Below are positions 19,301 through 29,487 of a DNA stretch of 64,000 nucleotides, piece after piece. The first letter of the stretch is position 1, and every line of letters starts with the position of its first letter. Under the pieces are notes generated by a model. That model ran no database searches. It was given only the letters and a program-made list of their open reading frames with translations, and was not told the origin of the DNA. The DNA lies in NCBI GenBank assembly GCA_965652075.1, contig CBFGTN010000001.1, positions 64,041-128,040 of the forward strand. Direction: 5' to 3'. Source of the stretch: an uncultured bacterium. Lineage in GTDB: Bacteria; Chloroflexota; Limnocylindria; QHBO01. The position numbers were made by a program, and so were the translations under genes.

Positions 19301-20234
19301 CACGCCGATCGTCGTGGGCGAGGAGGCCTCGTTCACGATCCACCTGTGGAACGCCGGCCCGGGCGATGCCCTGGACGTCGAGCTGCACGACGACCTGCCC
19401 CCGGGGCTGACCTGGGACTTCGAGATCGTGAGCGGTGACGCCACCGCGGACGACTGCTCGGTCGCCAGCAGCGTCGACGAGAACGGCGTCGAGCAGATGT
19501 CGATCGACTGCGAGTTCGGGACGCTCGGCGTCACGGACATGGAGGATGGCATCGTCATCCGTGTCTTCGCCGACACCGATCGAACCGACTGCGGTGAGCT
19601 GGTCAACAACGTGAACGCCTCGGGCAGCAACCTCGGGGAGCCGCTCACCGCGAGCGCCTCGATCGTGGTCCGGTGCCCGACCCTGGTCATCGACAAGGTG
19701 GCCGATGCAGAGGTGATCACGATCAGCGGCCCGGACGACGCCCTCGTGGCTGACCCGTCGGTCGTCACCTGGACGCTGACCTACACGCTGGCCAACGGCC
19801 CGGTCACCAACGCGGTGATCACCGATGAGGTGCCCGAGGGCTTCGAGTTCCTCGACGCCTCGGACGGTGGGCAGCTGATCAACGGCGTGGTCACGTGGAC
19901 GTTCCCGACGCTCTCCGAGAGTGGAAGCGTGACGTTCCGCACGACGGTCGATCCCGAGACGATCTCCCGGGTCGCGCCGACGGTGAACACCGCGGTGATC
20001 GATTCGGATGAGACCGAGCCGGACGACGGCGAGGACTCGGTGACGGTGGTCGTCGAGCCGCCTCCGCTGGGCGGGACGCCGACACCGAAGCCATCGCTGC
20101 CGGATACGGCCGCGGGCATCGGGCCGGCGGGCGAGCCGATCACCGTGCCGATCGAGCTCCTGGCGGGCCTCTTCCTCAGTTCGCTCGGCGTGTTGGCGCT
20201 CGCGAACGTGAGGGCGAGGAGCCGCCGCCCGTAG
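16314..20234 (+). CDS. Large surface protein with DUF11-like repeat modules and an LPDTA C-terminal anchor module
   Basis: Start taken at MDSRATT (the ORF is open from 16254), with a signal/TM segment VIPVFIALLVNMVVPVMTVAI. At least five DUF11-type modules begin (C)P-x-L-x-[ILV]-[TDK]K...AGE/D...N.GPG.A..V...D.LP.GL. C-terminus PPLGGTPTPKPSLPDTA-spacer-TM-RARSRRP. Confidence 0.8.
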   Translation: MDSRATTRTRLSVIPVFIALLVNMVVPVMTVAIPQVTPTALRPQVAEAASDPNHVAFTLEGCRLENGAFIEATVTCEDAAYTSGNLGKEWNELDLVPYRLTTELGNQADATTTYTFGITADREDAGHPGYDVLSAPVVNAALSDDSCQVSSGAETIIEPGVGGIDKSIGRQVTISQDKGTTCVIDWYERLALGSHLFPGSSLHTNRTNQAWSTSGIGAADVSIPVNEILPQELSKTMSAEVGQTYTWDVSKSANPTSLNFANTCLETAGSRSQNVQITVSWTRSGPTASGATTITTEVTAINPAHRTITVQATDKIYQGANQTTLLDTKVGNAVDVAANTSAVVLTHSFVYNGSATTFNDVATATYTDKLTGIPVPGSTQATASATAQPAGGAPAQSSVVVSDTESITGTGLAFSVAAPSVGAFTGGYVAGASTTGPVGWQFTATNSGSVTFTKTVTVDQPRITSGSLSDTATITGDGQTVLDTASASVGITTDALVALQINKTIPSGSLRSGESVTFDFDISGPNGFTDDASITFNFGDPLTKSTTLTGLAPGQYTVHEVPQSNWADHTDQIDTITLPDCAGSVSFNNSTLAPDLDLLKTADTASVTAGDPIGFKIALSNDGAVGTGIAKDVTLSDALPFGDGIDWEIVSVVGTGGFSPAPDACSILGSPPDEDLDCDFGDLAPGKGVEITLSSDTTGDSCGEYPNTAKADASNHDEITSSASTEVLCPDLEITKSTSTPVIDAGEEASYTITISNEDGDAPATNVDLVDQLPSGLTWTDDSGECTVSAGGLLECLDLTIPAGEEFSVTVTGMTDEGECPSILNRATFTSGNGGSGASHPQGQGAAIEVNCPDLEVTKEQVDENGDPTDEPVDAGLTAYFAIHVTNHGPGTAFDVDVLDFAPDGTVWTVVNDGGFDCPSTIDDAGDSCTAESMAPGSATIILSYETSETDCGLLVNNVEVSASNEPAANIGLDNEAQATIVVECPGLNLTKSADNTPIVVGEEASFTIHLWNAGPGDALDVELHDDLPPGLTWDFEIVSGDATADDCSVASSVDENGVEQMSIDCEFGTLGVTDMEDGIVIRVFADTDRTDCGELVNNVNASGSNLGEPLTASASIVVRCPTLVIDKVADAEVITISGPDDALVADPSVVTWTLTYTLANGPVTNAVITDEVPEGFEFLDASDGGQLINGVVTWTFPTLSESGSVTFRTTVDPETISRVAPTVNTAVIDSDETEPDDGEDSVTVVVEPPPLGGTPTPKPSLPDTAAGIGPAGEPITVPIELLAGLFLSSLGVLALANVRARSRRP

Positions 20235-20295
20235 GCCCTCGGTGCGGGGCCGGCGCTCGTCGGCCCCGCGCCATTCATCCAGCCCCCCTGGCAGG

Positions 20296-20332
20296 GACGG
20301 GGCAGAGGCATCGCCTCTGCCCCGTCTTCTGA
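20296..20332 (+). terminator. Rho-independent terminator
   Basis: GACGGGGCAGAGGC-ATC-GCCTCTGCCCCGTC followed by TTCTGATT. It is preceded by a second hairpin, GCGGGGCCG...CGGCCCCGC. Confidence 0.8.
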
Positions 20333-20375
20333 TTGCGAGGGGTCGTCACGCCGGGATGTTGGGCTGACGCGACGA

Positions 20376-21344
20376 CTAGGACCCGTCGCCCTCGGCGTCC
20401 TCCGTCGGCTCATGCGGAGCCGGCGGCTTCGGCGAGCGATCGGGCCTCGGCGTCCGCTCCGCCCGCTCCGATGCCTCCGACTCGTCCGTCGGCTCGGGCC
20501 GCGGCGTGCCGTCCGCCTGCCCGGGAGTACCCGGCCCCGAGGGCCCGTTCCCGCTATCGCCGCTCGCGCCTGACTCCCCGCTGGAGCCGTCGCCGGTGCC
20601 CGCGCCGGCGCCACCGTTCGCACGGTCGCCATTGCTGGCGCCGTTCTCGCCGCTTCCGCCGCTGCCCTGGTCCCGCGACTTGCTCCCGGGACCTCCTTCG
20701 GAGTGGCCCTGAGCCAGCCGCAGCCCTGGCGCGTCGTCCATTGCGCTGACGATCGCGTCGCGAGCGCCATCCGGCGCGTCGCCGAGCACGTCGCCGAGGT
20801 GCGCGAGCTGCGCGTCGAACTGATCGACGGCGAGCGCATCCGCGCCGAAGGTCGTCACGAGCTCTCCGTACGAGGCCTCGACGCGCTGCGCGAGGGCGGC
20901 GGCGGTCTCGTACGCACCGCGCTCGACGAGGCGGCCGATCTCGTCGAGGCGCTCGCCGAGCTCGTAGGCGGCCAGGTCGTCGCTCAGGTGCGCCGGCGCG
21001 AACTCCATGCGCATCTCCTCGATGCTCCGCTTGAGCGGGTACAGAAAGTCACCGGGGATGGCCGCCTCGGAGGCCGCCATGACCCCGCCGACGCTGAGCG
21101 CGACCGCGAAGCTCGCGTACAGGCATGCGCGCCCGAGCCGGCCCATCTGCCGGCCCGTCTGGCCCGGAACCGCGATGGCAACCCCCTCTCGCTCGGCGAC
21201 GAACCGGTTGACGACCGCACCGCGGAGCCGGCGTCGGAACAGCGGATCCGGCTCGATGTCGCGACGGACCACCTCGACGTACCGCCGCACCGCGTCGTCG
21301 GGCAACAGGGAGGCGCCACGCGCCGGGCGCGGGACGGCGCTCAT
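20376..21344 (-). CDS. Anti-sigma-factor-like membrane protein (DUF5667-like domain)
   Basis: ATG 21344 overlaps the sigma gene stop (ATGA). One TM helix (ACLYASFAVALSVGGVMAA), an FLYPLKRSIEE motif, and a long Gly/Ser/Pro/acidic low-complexity tail. Confidence 0.7.
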   Translation of the reverse strand: MSAVPRPARGASLLPDDAVRRYVEVVRRDIEPDPLFRRRLRGAVVNRFVAEREGVAIAVPGQTGRQMGRLGRACLYASFAVALSVGGVMAASEAAIPGDFLYPLKRSIEEMRMEFAPAHLSDDLAAYELGERLDEIGRLVERGAYETAAALAQRVEASYGELVTTFGADALAVDQFDAQLAHLGDVLGDAPDGARDAIVSAMDDAPGLRLAQGHSEGGPGSKSRDQGSGGSGENGASNGDRANGGAGAGTGDGSSGESGASGDSGNGPSGPGTPGQADGTPRPEPTDESEASERAERTPRPDRSPKPPAPHEPTEDAEGDGS

Positions 21345-21973
21345 CGGTCGCCTCCTCCGCCGAGCTGGCGGCGGAGCGCCTCGATGGCGCGGAAGGTCAG
21401 CCCGCGAATGGTGCCTGCCCGCCGTCCCATGACCTCCGCCGCCTCGTCGGCCGACAGCCCGCCCGCGTAGCGCAGCATGAGCGCCTCGCGCTGGTCCGGC
21501 GTCAGGTGGGCGATGGCCGCACGGAGCTCGCGCAGCTCCTCGAAGTGGAGGGACTGCGCCTCGAGCCCGGTGCCATCGCCGGACTCGGCCGCGAGTCCAA
21601 GGGGCTCGGTGGGGCGCGTCCGGCGCTGATGATCGATGACCGCGTTGCGCGCGATTCGGAACGCCCATGCCGCGAAGGGCTTGCCGTTGTGGTGGTATCG
21701 AGGGAGCGCGGTGACGATGCGCTCGAAGACCAGGTGGGTCAGGTCCTCCGCGTCCTCGCGCCGGCGGACGCGGACCGCGACGTATCGGTAGATCGGTCCG
21801 ACGAGCTCGTCATACAGGCGCCCGACCGCCTCGACGTCACCCGCGCTCGCCGCTCGGGCGATCTCGTCGAGCGACGCGCCCGGCGTGATGCCAATGGCGG
21901 GATCCACGGGCTGGGGCAGCGCGGGATCGGCGATCGTCTGACGGAGCGCGGCACTGAATGGGCGGTCGGACAT
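21341..21973 (-). CDS. ECF-type RNA polymerase sigma factor
   Basis: Region 2 (DLTHLVFERIVTAL...AWAFRIARNAVIDHQR) and region 4 (LTPDQREALMLRYAGGLSADEAAEVMGRRAGTIRGLTFRAIEALR). Confidence 0.85.
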   Translation of the reverse strand: MSDRPFSAALRQTIADPALPQPVDPAIGITPGASLDEIARAASAGDVEAVGRLYDELVGPIYRYVAVRVRRREDAEDLTHLVFERIVTALPRYHHNGKPFAAWAFRIARNAVIDHQRRTRPTEPLGLAAESGDGTGLEAQSLHFEELRELRAAIAHLTPDQREALMLRYAGGLSADEAAEVMGRRAGTIRGLTFRAIEALRRQLGGGGDR

Positions 21974-22039
21974 CGGGCAGCGACTCGGACACGTTCTCCG
22001 GCGCGAACCGTAGCACCGAACCGGGCCCCTGGGGAGGGG

Positions 22040-23263
<1,224 letters not shown>

Positions 23264-23308
23264 GGCCCCATTATCGCGTCACGCGGAAGGTGACAGTCTC
23301 GAGCGCCC

Positions 23309-24334
23309 TCAGGGAACCAGGACGACCTTGCCGGCGTGGCGAGCGGCGACGAGCTCGAAGGCGGCCTCCCAGTCCACGAGGCTCAGCCGGTGCGTGATGA
23401 TCGGCGAGACGTCGAGCGAGCCGGAGCGCAGGAGTGCCTGGGTCCGTTCCCAGGTGTCGTAGATGCGGCGCCCGTAGATGCCGTACAGCCGCAGGCCCTG
23501 CATGATCACCCGCTCGGAGAGGTCGACGGTCGGCGGCTCGCCGAAGATGCCGAGCAGGCTGATCCGGCCGCCGCGGGTGATGACCCGCAGTGCGGAGTCG
23601 AGGGCCGGCGGCGCGCCGCTCATCTCGAGGACGACCTCGACACCGTCGCCCCCGGTCGCGTCGCGGATCGTTCCCTCGGTCGCCGGGTCGGCGCCGTCGA
23701 GCGCGATGTCGGCGCCCATCGTGCGGGCCAGCTCGAGCCGGAATGGCTCCGTGTCGGTCGCGACCACCAGCGCCGCCCCGGCCGCCTTGGCGATGCCCAC
23801 CGCGCAGAGGCCGATCGGGCCGCATCCGGTGACGAGCACGGTGCGGCCCTCGATCGGCTCGACGAACGCGGCATGAACCGCGTTGCCCATCGGCTCCTGG
23901 AGCGCGACGACCGCCGGATCCAGCCCGTTCGACTCGATCGCGTTCGCCTCGGGGATGACGACGCGCTCGGCGAACCCCCCATCGGTGTGGACGCCGATGA
24001 CCCGAAGGTTGCGGCACAGGTGCATGTCCCCTCGACGGCACTGGGCGCAGGTCCAGTCGAAGATGTGGCTCTCGACCCCGACGAGGTCGCCCTCGCGCAC
24101 GCGCGAGACCTCGGGGCCGACCTCGATCACCGTCCCGGCCAGCTCGTGCCCGAGCACGCGCGGTGGCGCGAGGTTCTCGGCCGCCCACTCGTCCCAGTTG
24201 AACAGGTGCAGGTCCGTGCCGCAGATGCTCGCCGCGTCGACGCGGAGCAGCACCTCACCCCGGCCGGGCGTCGGCGCGGGCCGCGCGATGAGCTCCGCGC
24301 CCGGGCCGGCGCGCACCTTCGCCAGCGCCCGCAT
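23309..24334 (-). CDS. tdh: L-threonine 3-dehydrogenase
   Basis: MRALAKV...ASICGTDLH...GHELAG Zn-dependent ADH motifs. An alternative GTG start at 24361 would overlap the upstream stop. Confidence 0.9.
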   Translation of the reverse strand: MRALAKVRAGPGAELIARPAPTPGRGEVLLRVDAASICGTDLHLFNWDEWAAENLAPPRVLGHELAGTVIEVGPEVSRVREGDLVGVESHIFDWTCAQCRRGDMHLCRNLRVIGVHTDGGFAERVVIPEANAIESNGLDPAVVALQEPMGNAVHAAFVEPIEGRTVLVTGCGPIGLCAVGIAKAAGAALVVATDTEPFRLELARTMGADIALDGADPATEGTIRDATGGDGVEVVLEMSGAPPALDSALRVITRGGRISLLGIFGEPPTVDLSERVIMQGLRLYGIYGRRIYDTWERTQALLRSGSLDVSPIITHRLSLVDWEAAFELVAARHAGKVVLVP

Positions 24335-24357
24335 CGTCTCGACGCCGACCGACGTGC

Positions 24358-25269
24358 TCACCGCGCCGGCGCCGCGAGCGAGCCCAGCCCGGCGGCCTCG
24401 CCATGGTCGGTGAGTCGCGGCAGCTCGTCGACGACGGGATTCTCGATCGCGCCGATGCCGTCGATCTCGCAGCGCATGACGTCGCCGTCGGCGAGGTAGC
24501 GCGGGGGGCGCTGGTAGTGGCCGACGCCGGCCGGCGTGCCGGTGGCGATGACGTCGCCTGGCTCGAGGGTGATCGTGCGGGACGCGAACGCGACGAGCGT
24601 CGGCACGTCGAAGATCATCTCGGCCGTCGACGAGTCCTGCCACGCCTCGCCGTTCACCGCCGACCGAAGTCGGAGCGCCTGCGCGTCGCCGAGCTCGTCG
24701 GACGTGATGACCGCCGGCCCCATCGGCGCGAAGCCGTCCGAGCCCTTCGCGCGCAGCCACTGGCGGTCCTCGCGCTGCAGGTCGCGCATCGTGACGTCGT
24801 TGAGGATCGTGTAGCCGAAGATCGCCGACGATGCCTCCCCCGGACCGATCCGGGATGCCCGACGGCCGATGACGACCGCGAGCTCGCACTCGAGGTCGAG
24901 CTGCTCGGTCGCCGCGGGTCGCGTCACCGGTGCGCCGGGGTGGGCGACGGCGTTGGCGAACTTGCTGAACAGGATCGGGTAGGCGGGCGGATCGACGTTC
25001 TGCTCGCGGCAGTGGTCGTGATAGTTCAGCCCGACGCACACGATCTTCCCCGGGCGCCGGATCGGCGCCCGGAGCGTCACCTCGTCCGCCGCGTGCGTTG
25101 CGGTCCGCGAGCGCAGGTCCTCGATGTCGCCCGCGCTGATGCCGCGTGCGAGCATCTCGCCGACGTCGGTGACCCCGAGGACGGCCGTCAGGTCGTGGAT
25201 CGATCCGCTCGACGCCGCGACGCCGAGCCTCGGCCCGGATCCGTCGTGTGAGTACGTGACGAGCCGCAC
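24358..25269 (-). CDS. Fumarylacetoacetate hydrolase (FAH) family protein
   Basis: 303 aa with the typical FAH C-terminal domain (KIVCVGLNYHDH..., ELAVVIG, GDVIATGTPAGVG). Confidence 0.85.
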   Translation of the reverse strand: MRLVTYSHDGSGPRLGVAASSGSIHDLTAVLGVTDVGEMLARGISAGDIEDLRSRTATHAADEVTLRAPIRRPGKIVCVGLNYHDHCREQNVDPPAYPILFSKFANAVAHPGAPVTRPAATEQLDLECELAVVIGRRASRIGPGEASSAIFGYTILNDVTMRDLQREDRQWLRAKGSDGFAPMGPAVITSDELGDAQALRLRSAVNGEAWQDSSTAEMIFDVPTLVAFASRTITLEPGDVIATGTPAGVGHYQRPPRYLADGDVMRCEIDGIGAIENPVVDELPRLTDHGEAAGLGSLAAPAR

Positions 25270-25288
25270 CCGGCCGAGTATAGGGAGG

Positions 25289-25720
25289 TCAGGGCTCGCT
25301 GAAGTACGCCCGGCTCGGCTGGCGCAGCAGGCCGACGAGGAGGCCGGCCGTGATCAGCACGCCGATCGGCACGGTCAGCGTGTACCAGCCGTTCGCCGCC
25401 ACCGGCGGCATCTCGAGCAGGATCGGTGGCAGGCCGGCGAGGATCGGGACCGGCAGGAGCGAGATGCCGATCGCGAACCGGTACGCGATCCGCTTGCGCT
25501 GGAGGGCGACCGTGATCCCGAACAGGACCGCGGCGAGCTCGACCATCATGAAGATGCCGAGCAGGCTGAACGGCGCGCGCTCGCTGAAGTCGACGAACTC
25601 GACGATCCGCCCGAGCAGCAGCCCGGTGATCGCGAGCAGGGCGAAGGCCCAGACGAACCACAGCCGGACGGCGAGCGGCATCGGCGGTCGCTGCTCGTCG
25701 ACCTCGCTCTCGGTGCTCAC
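25289..25720 (-). CDS. Hypothetical membrane protein
   Basis: 143 aa with four hydrophobic helices. No family recognised. Confidence 0.55.
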   Translation of the reverse strand: MSTESEVDEQRPPMPLAVRLWFVWAFALLAITGLLLGRIVEFVDFSERAPFSLLGIFMMVELAAVLFGITVALQRKRIAYRFAIGISLLPVPILAGLPPILLEMPPVAANGWYTLTVPIGVLITAGLLVGLLRQPSRAYFSEP

Positions 25721-25772
25721 GCGCCGATCCTAGTCCGGCCGCGCTCGACGTGCCGGGCCCTACCATTCGGCC

Positions 25773-27299
25773 GTGGAGTGGCTGGCCGACCTGTTCGAGA
25801 CGAACCGCATCATCGTCCTGTCGGTCTGCGGGCAGGTCTTCTTCGTCATGGGCCTGGCGGTCGTCCTCCAGAGCCGGCGACGGTCGCAGCTGCCGCTGGC
25901 CCGGCCCCTCGGGTGGCTCGGCGCCTTCGGGCTGCTGTACGGGCTGATGACCTGGGGCTACCTGTTCGTGCCGATCCAGGCCGGCTGGCTCCCCGAGCCG
26001 GCGGTCGAGGCGCTGCTCGTCCTGCAGCTGCTCATGAAGCCGGTGAGCTTCGCCCTGCTCTTCCAGTTCGGCGTCGAGCTGTGGATCGCGACGCGCGAGC
26101 CGGACCGCCCGCTGCCGACTGTCATGGGACAGCCGTGGCTGCGCCTGGTGCCTGCCGCGAGCCTCGGGCTGTGGGCGGTCGCCACCGTCGCGCTGTCGAC
26201 CACCGTCGCGGCCGGGTTCGTCCCGGAGGTCGGGCCGTGGCTGCCCTCGCCGCAGATCGCCGACGCCCTCGCCGGCGTCGGCTCGCCGCTCGCGGTCGGC
26301 GATGTCGTGGCGCGCTACATGATCGCGATCCCGGCGTCCCTGCTCGTCGCCCTCGCCCTGGGCCGGACCACCCGCCTCCTCGCGTCGATCTCCGGCCGCG
26401 GCGTGACGCTGGCCCTGTCGGCTGCCTCGATCGCCTTCGTCGTGTTCGCCGTCGTCGGCGGGCTCGTGCCGATGGAGGCGCCGTTCCCGCTCGCCTCGAT
26501 GCTCAACGACCAGGTCGTGCTCGCCACCCTCGGGATCCCGATCGAGGTGTTCGTGTCCGTCACCGGCCTCGCGATCGCGCTGGCCGTCATCGTCAGCCTC
26601 GAGCTGTTCGAGCAGGAGACCGATCGCGCGCTCGCGGAGGCGCGCCGCCGCGAGGTCCTGCTGCGCGAGCGCGAGCGGATCGGACGCGACCTGCACGACG
26701 GCATCATCCAGTCGATCTACGCCGCAGGACTCCACCTGGAGCAGGCCTCGGCCGAGATCGGCACCGACGGCGCGCCGGCGAAGGATCGGATCGCGACCGT
26801 CATGGGCGAGCTGAACCGGATCACGAACGACATCCGCAGCACGATCTTTGCGCTGAGCTCGGGCGAGCCCGAGTCGCGCGACGCCGAGGCGATCGTGCTT
26901 GCCGTCGCCGATGAGCTGCAGGCGCATACCCTCGTGAAGCTCGACGTGTCGAGCGACGGGCTCTTCCGGCCTCGGCTCCGGCCCGAGCAGGCCGAGGAGC
27001 TGCACCACCTCGTCAGCGAGGCCTTCAGCAACGTCCTCCGTCACGCGCACGCCGAGCACGTCAGCGTCCACATGGGCTGCACGCAGCGCAGGTTCACGCT
27101 CGAGATCCGCGACGATGGCACCGGCTTCGACACGAGCGCGGTCGCGCCTCGGGGACGCCGCGGGCGCGCCCAGGGCCTCGCCAACATCCGGCGGCGCGCG
27201 GAGCTGCTCGACGCCTCGCTCCAGGTCGAGAGCGCGCCCGGACGGGGCACGCGCCTCTCGCTTACGATGCCGGTGGCCACCATCCGGCGGCCGACGTGA
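25773..27299 (+). CDS. Sensor histidine kinase (HisKA_3 / NarL-partner type), polytopic N-terminus
   Basis: Multiple TM helices, then the H-box RERERIGRDLHDGIIQSIY and an HATPase_c domain (SEAFSNVLRHA..., DDGTGFD, GLANIRRRAE). Confidence 0.85.
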   Translation: MEWLADLFETNRIIVLSVCGQVFFVMGLAVVLQSRRRSQLPLARPLGWLGAFGLLYGLMTWGYLFVPIQAGWLPEPAVEALLVLQLLMKPVSFALLFQFGVELWIATREPDRPLPTVMGQPWLRLVPAASLGLWAVATVALSTTVAAGFVPEVGPWLPSPQIADALAGVGSPLAVGDVVARYMIAIPASLLVALALGRTTRLLASISGRGVTLALSAASIAFVVFAVVGGLVPMEAPFPLASMLNDQVVLATLGIPIEVFVSVTGLAIALAVIVSLELFEQETDRALAEARRREVLLRERERIGRDLHDGIIQSIYAAGLHLEQASAEIGTDGAPAKDRIATVMGELNRITNDIRSTIFALSSGEPESRDAEAIVLAVADELQAHTLVKLDVSSDGLFRPRLRPEQAEELHHLVSEAFSNVLRHAHAEHVSVHMGCTQRRFTLEIRDDGTGFDTSAVAPRGRRGRAQGLANIRRRAELLDASLQVESAPGRGTRLSLTMPVATIRRPT

Positions 27300-27303
27300 C
27301 CCC

Positions 27304-27995
27304 ATGACCGATCCACCGCAGACCGCCGCGCCGGCGGCGACCATCCGCATCCTCATCGCCGACGATCACGAGGTGGTCCGCATCGGCCTGGCCTCCATGC
27401 TCGGCGCGCAGGAGGGCTTCGAGGTCGTCGCGCAGGCCTCGACCGGCGACGAGGCCACGCGCCTCGCCCTCATGCATCGCCCGGACGTGGTGGTCATGGA
27501 CATTCGCATGCCCGGAGGGTCCGGGATCGAGTCGTGCCGGGCCATCACCGCGGCGCGAGCCGGCACACAGGTGATCATGCTGACGAGCCATGCCGACTCC
27601 GACGCGCTGTTCGACGCGATCGAGGCGGGCGCCTCTGGCTACGTGCTCAAGCGGATCGGGTCGGGCGAGCTCGTCGACGCCATCCGGACGGTGGCGGCCG
27701 GAGGGTCGCTGCTCGACCCGGCCGTGACCCGACCCGTCCTCGAGCGGATCCGCAACGCCGGGAAGCTGGAGGAGGCCGGCGCATTCGCCGACCTGACCGA
27801 GCAGGAGCGTCGGGTGCTCGCCCACGTCGCCGACGGGGCATCCAACCGCCAGATCGCGGATCGGATGGGCCTCGCGGAGAAGACGGTCCGCAACTACGTC
27901 TCGAGCATCCTCGCGAAGCTCGCGCTCGAGAGCCGATCGCAGGCGGCCGGGTACGCCATCCGCAACCGATTGCCCGAGCTCGGTGCGGGCGAGGA

Positions 27996-27999
<4 letters not shown>
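27304..27999 (+). CDS. LuxR/NarL-family response regulator
   Basis: Receiver domain (ILIADDHEVVR...VVVMDIRMPGGSG) plus a LuxR HTH (LTEQERRVLAHVADGASNRQIADRMGLAEKTVRNYVSSIL). Confidence 0.9.
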
Positions 28000-28646
<647 letters not shown>

Positions 28647-29351
28647 GTGCCGGCCATCCTGCCGCCCTGGACCGAAGCCGACACCGACCTCCACGCGCGC
28701 CTGACGGCGGCGATCGACCCGGACCGCAAGGTGCTCGCCGCGCTCGAGCGCATCGTCCCGCTGAGCGGCAAGCGGATCGCGGACGTCGGCACCGGGATCG
28801 GCCACTACCCGATGCTCCTCGCGCGGCGCACCGGGCGCACGTACGGCATCGAGACCGACCCCGAGCTCCTGGCCGAGGCGCGACGCCGCGCGTCGGAGGC
28901 GCATCAGCCGAACATCCGCATCGTCGAGGGCGGCCCGACCTCGCTTCCGCTCCGGGACGGCGCCGTGGACATCGTCCTGACCGCCGGCATCAGCCCCGAC
29001 GAGTCGTCGCTGCCCGCGATCGAGGAGGCCATGCGCGTGATCCGGCCCGGTGGGCTGCTCGTCGCCATCGGCTACTACGGCCGCGACGACGTTGCGCAGC
29101 TCCTGGAGCCGGAGGTCGTGGCCGCGTCGATGGAGGCGACCCGTCGACGCACCGGCTGGTGGCTCCGCAACGGATTCAAGATCAAGGTCGTCCACGCTCG
29201 CGTCGACCTCAGCGACGAGGAGCTGGCGCACGATCTGCTGCCGCGCCTGTACGGCGACCGTGGACGAGCGTTCCTGATGGCGCCGCATGGCTCGTCGCTA
29301 CGGCTGAACCTGGGGCTCTACCACCGTGAACGTATCGAGGCGCACGACTGA
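28647..29351 (+). CDS. Class I SAM-dependent methyltransferase
   Basis: GTG start immediately after the upstream stop. SAM motif I ADVGTGIGHY and the post-I acidic residue GIETD. Confidence 0.75.
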   Translation: MPAILPPWTEADTDLHARLTAAIDPDRKVLAALERIVPLSGKRIADVGTGIGHYPMLLARRTGRTYGIETDPELLAEARRRASEAHQPNIRIVEGGPTSLPLRDGAVDIVLTAGISPDESSLPAIEEAMRVIRPGGLLVAIGYYGRDDVAQLLEPEVVAASMEATRRRTGWWLRNGFKIKVVHARVDLSDEELAHDLLPRLYGDRGRAFLMAPHGSSLRLNLGLYHRERIEAHD

Positions 29352-29440
29352 GAATCGGTGGCGATACCGGCCATCGATGACGAAATCCGTGCACAAAACC
29401 GCCTTGCGGACACGGTTCGGCGGGGATATGATCCCTCGGT

Positions 29441-29487
29441 CCGAAGGCCAGGCTCTTCTCCCCCCGGAGCCTGGCCTTCGGCGTTTC
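29441..29487 (+). terminator. Strong hairpin / probable terminator
   Basis: CCGAAGGCCAGGCTC (29441-29455) pairs perfectly with GAGCCTGGCCTTCGG (29467-29481). Tail CGTTTCC. It lies 90 nt after the stop at 29351. Confidence 0.5.

Noticed and set aside
13918-20234. Sortase-assembled pilus operon (two small pilins plus a large tip adhesin).
   Set aside because: I found no pilin motif (YPKN-like Lys context), no E-box and no pilus-specific sortase gene in or next to the cluster. Each gene has its own terminator. I kept it as a surface-protein cluster with an unusual anchor signal.
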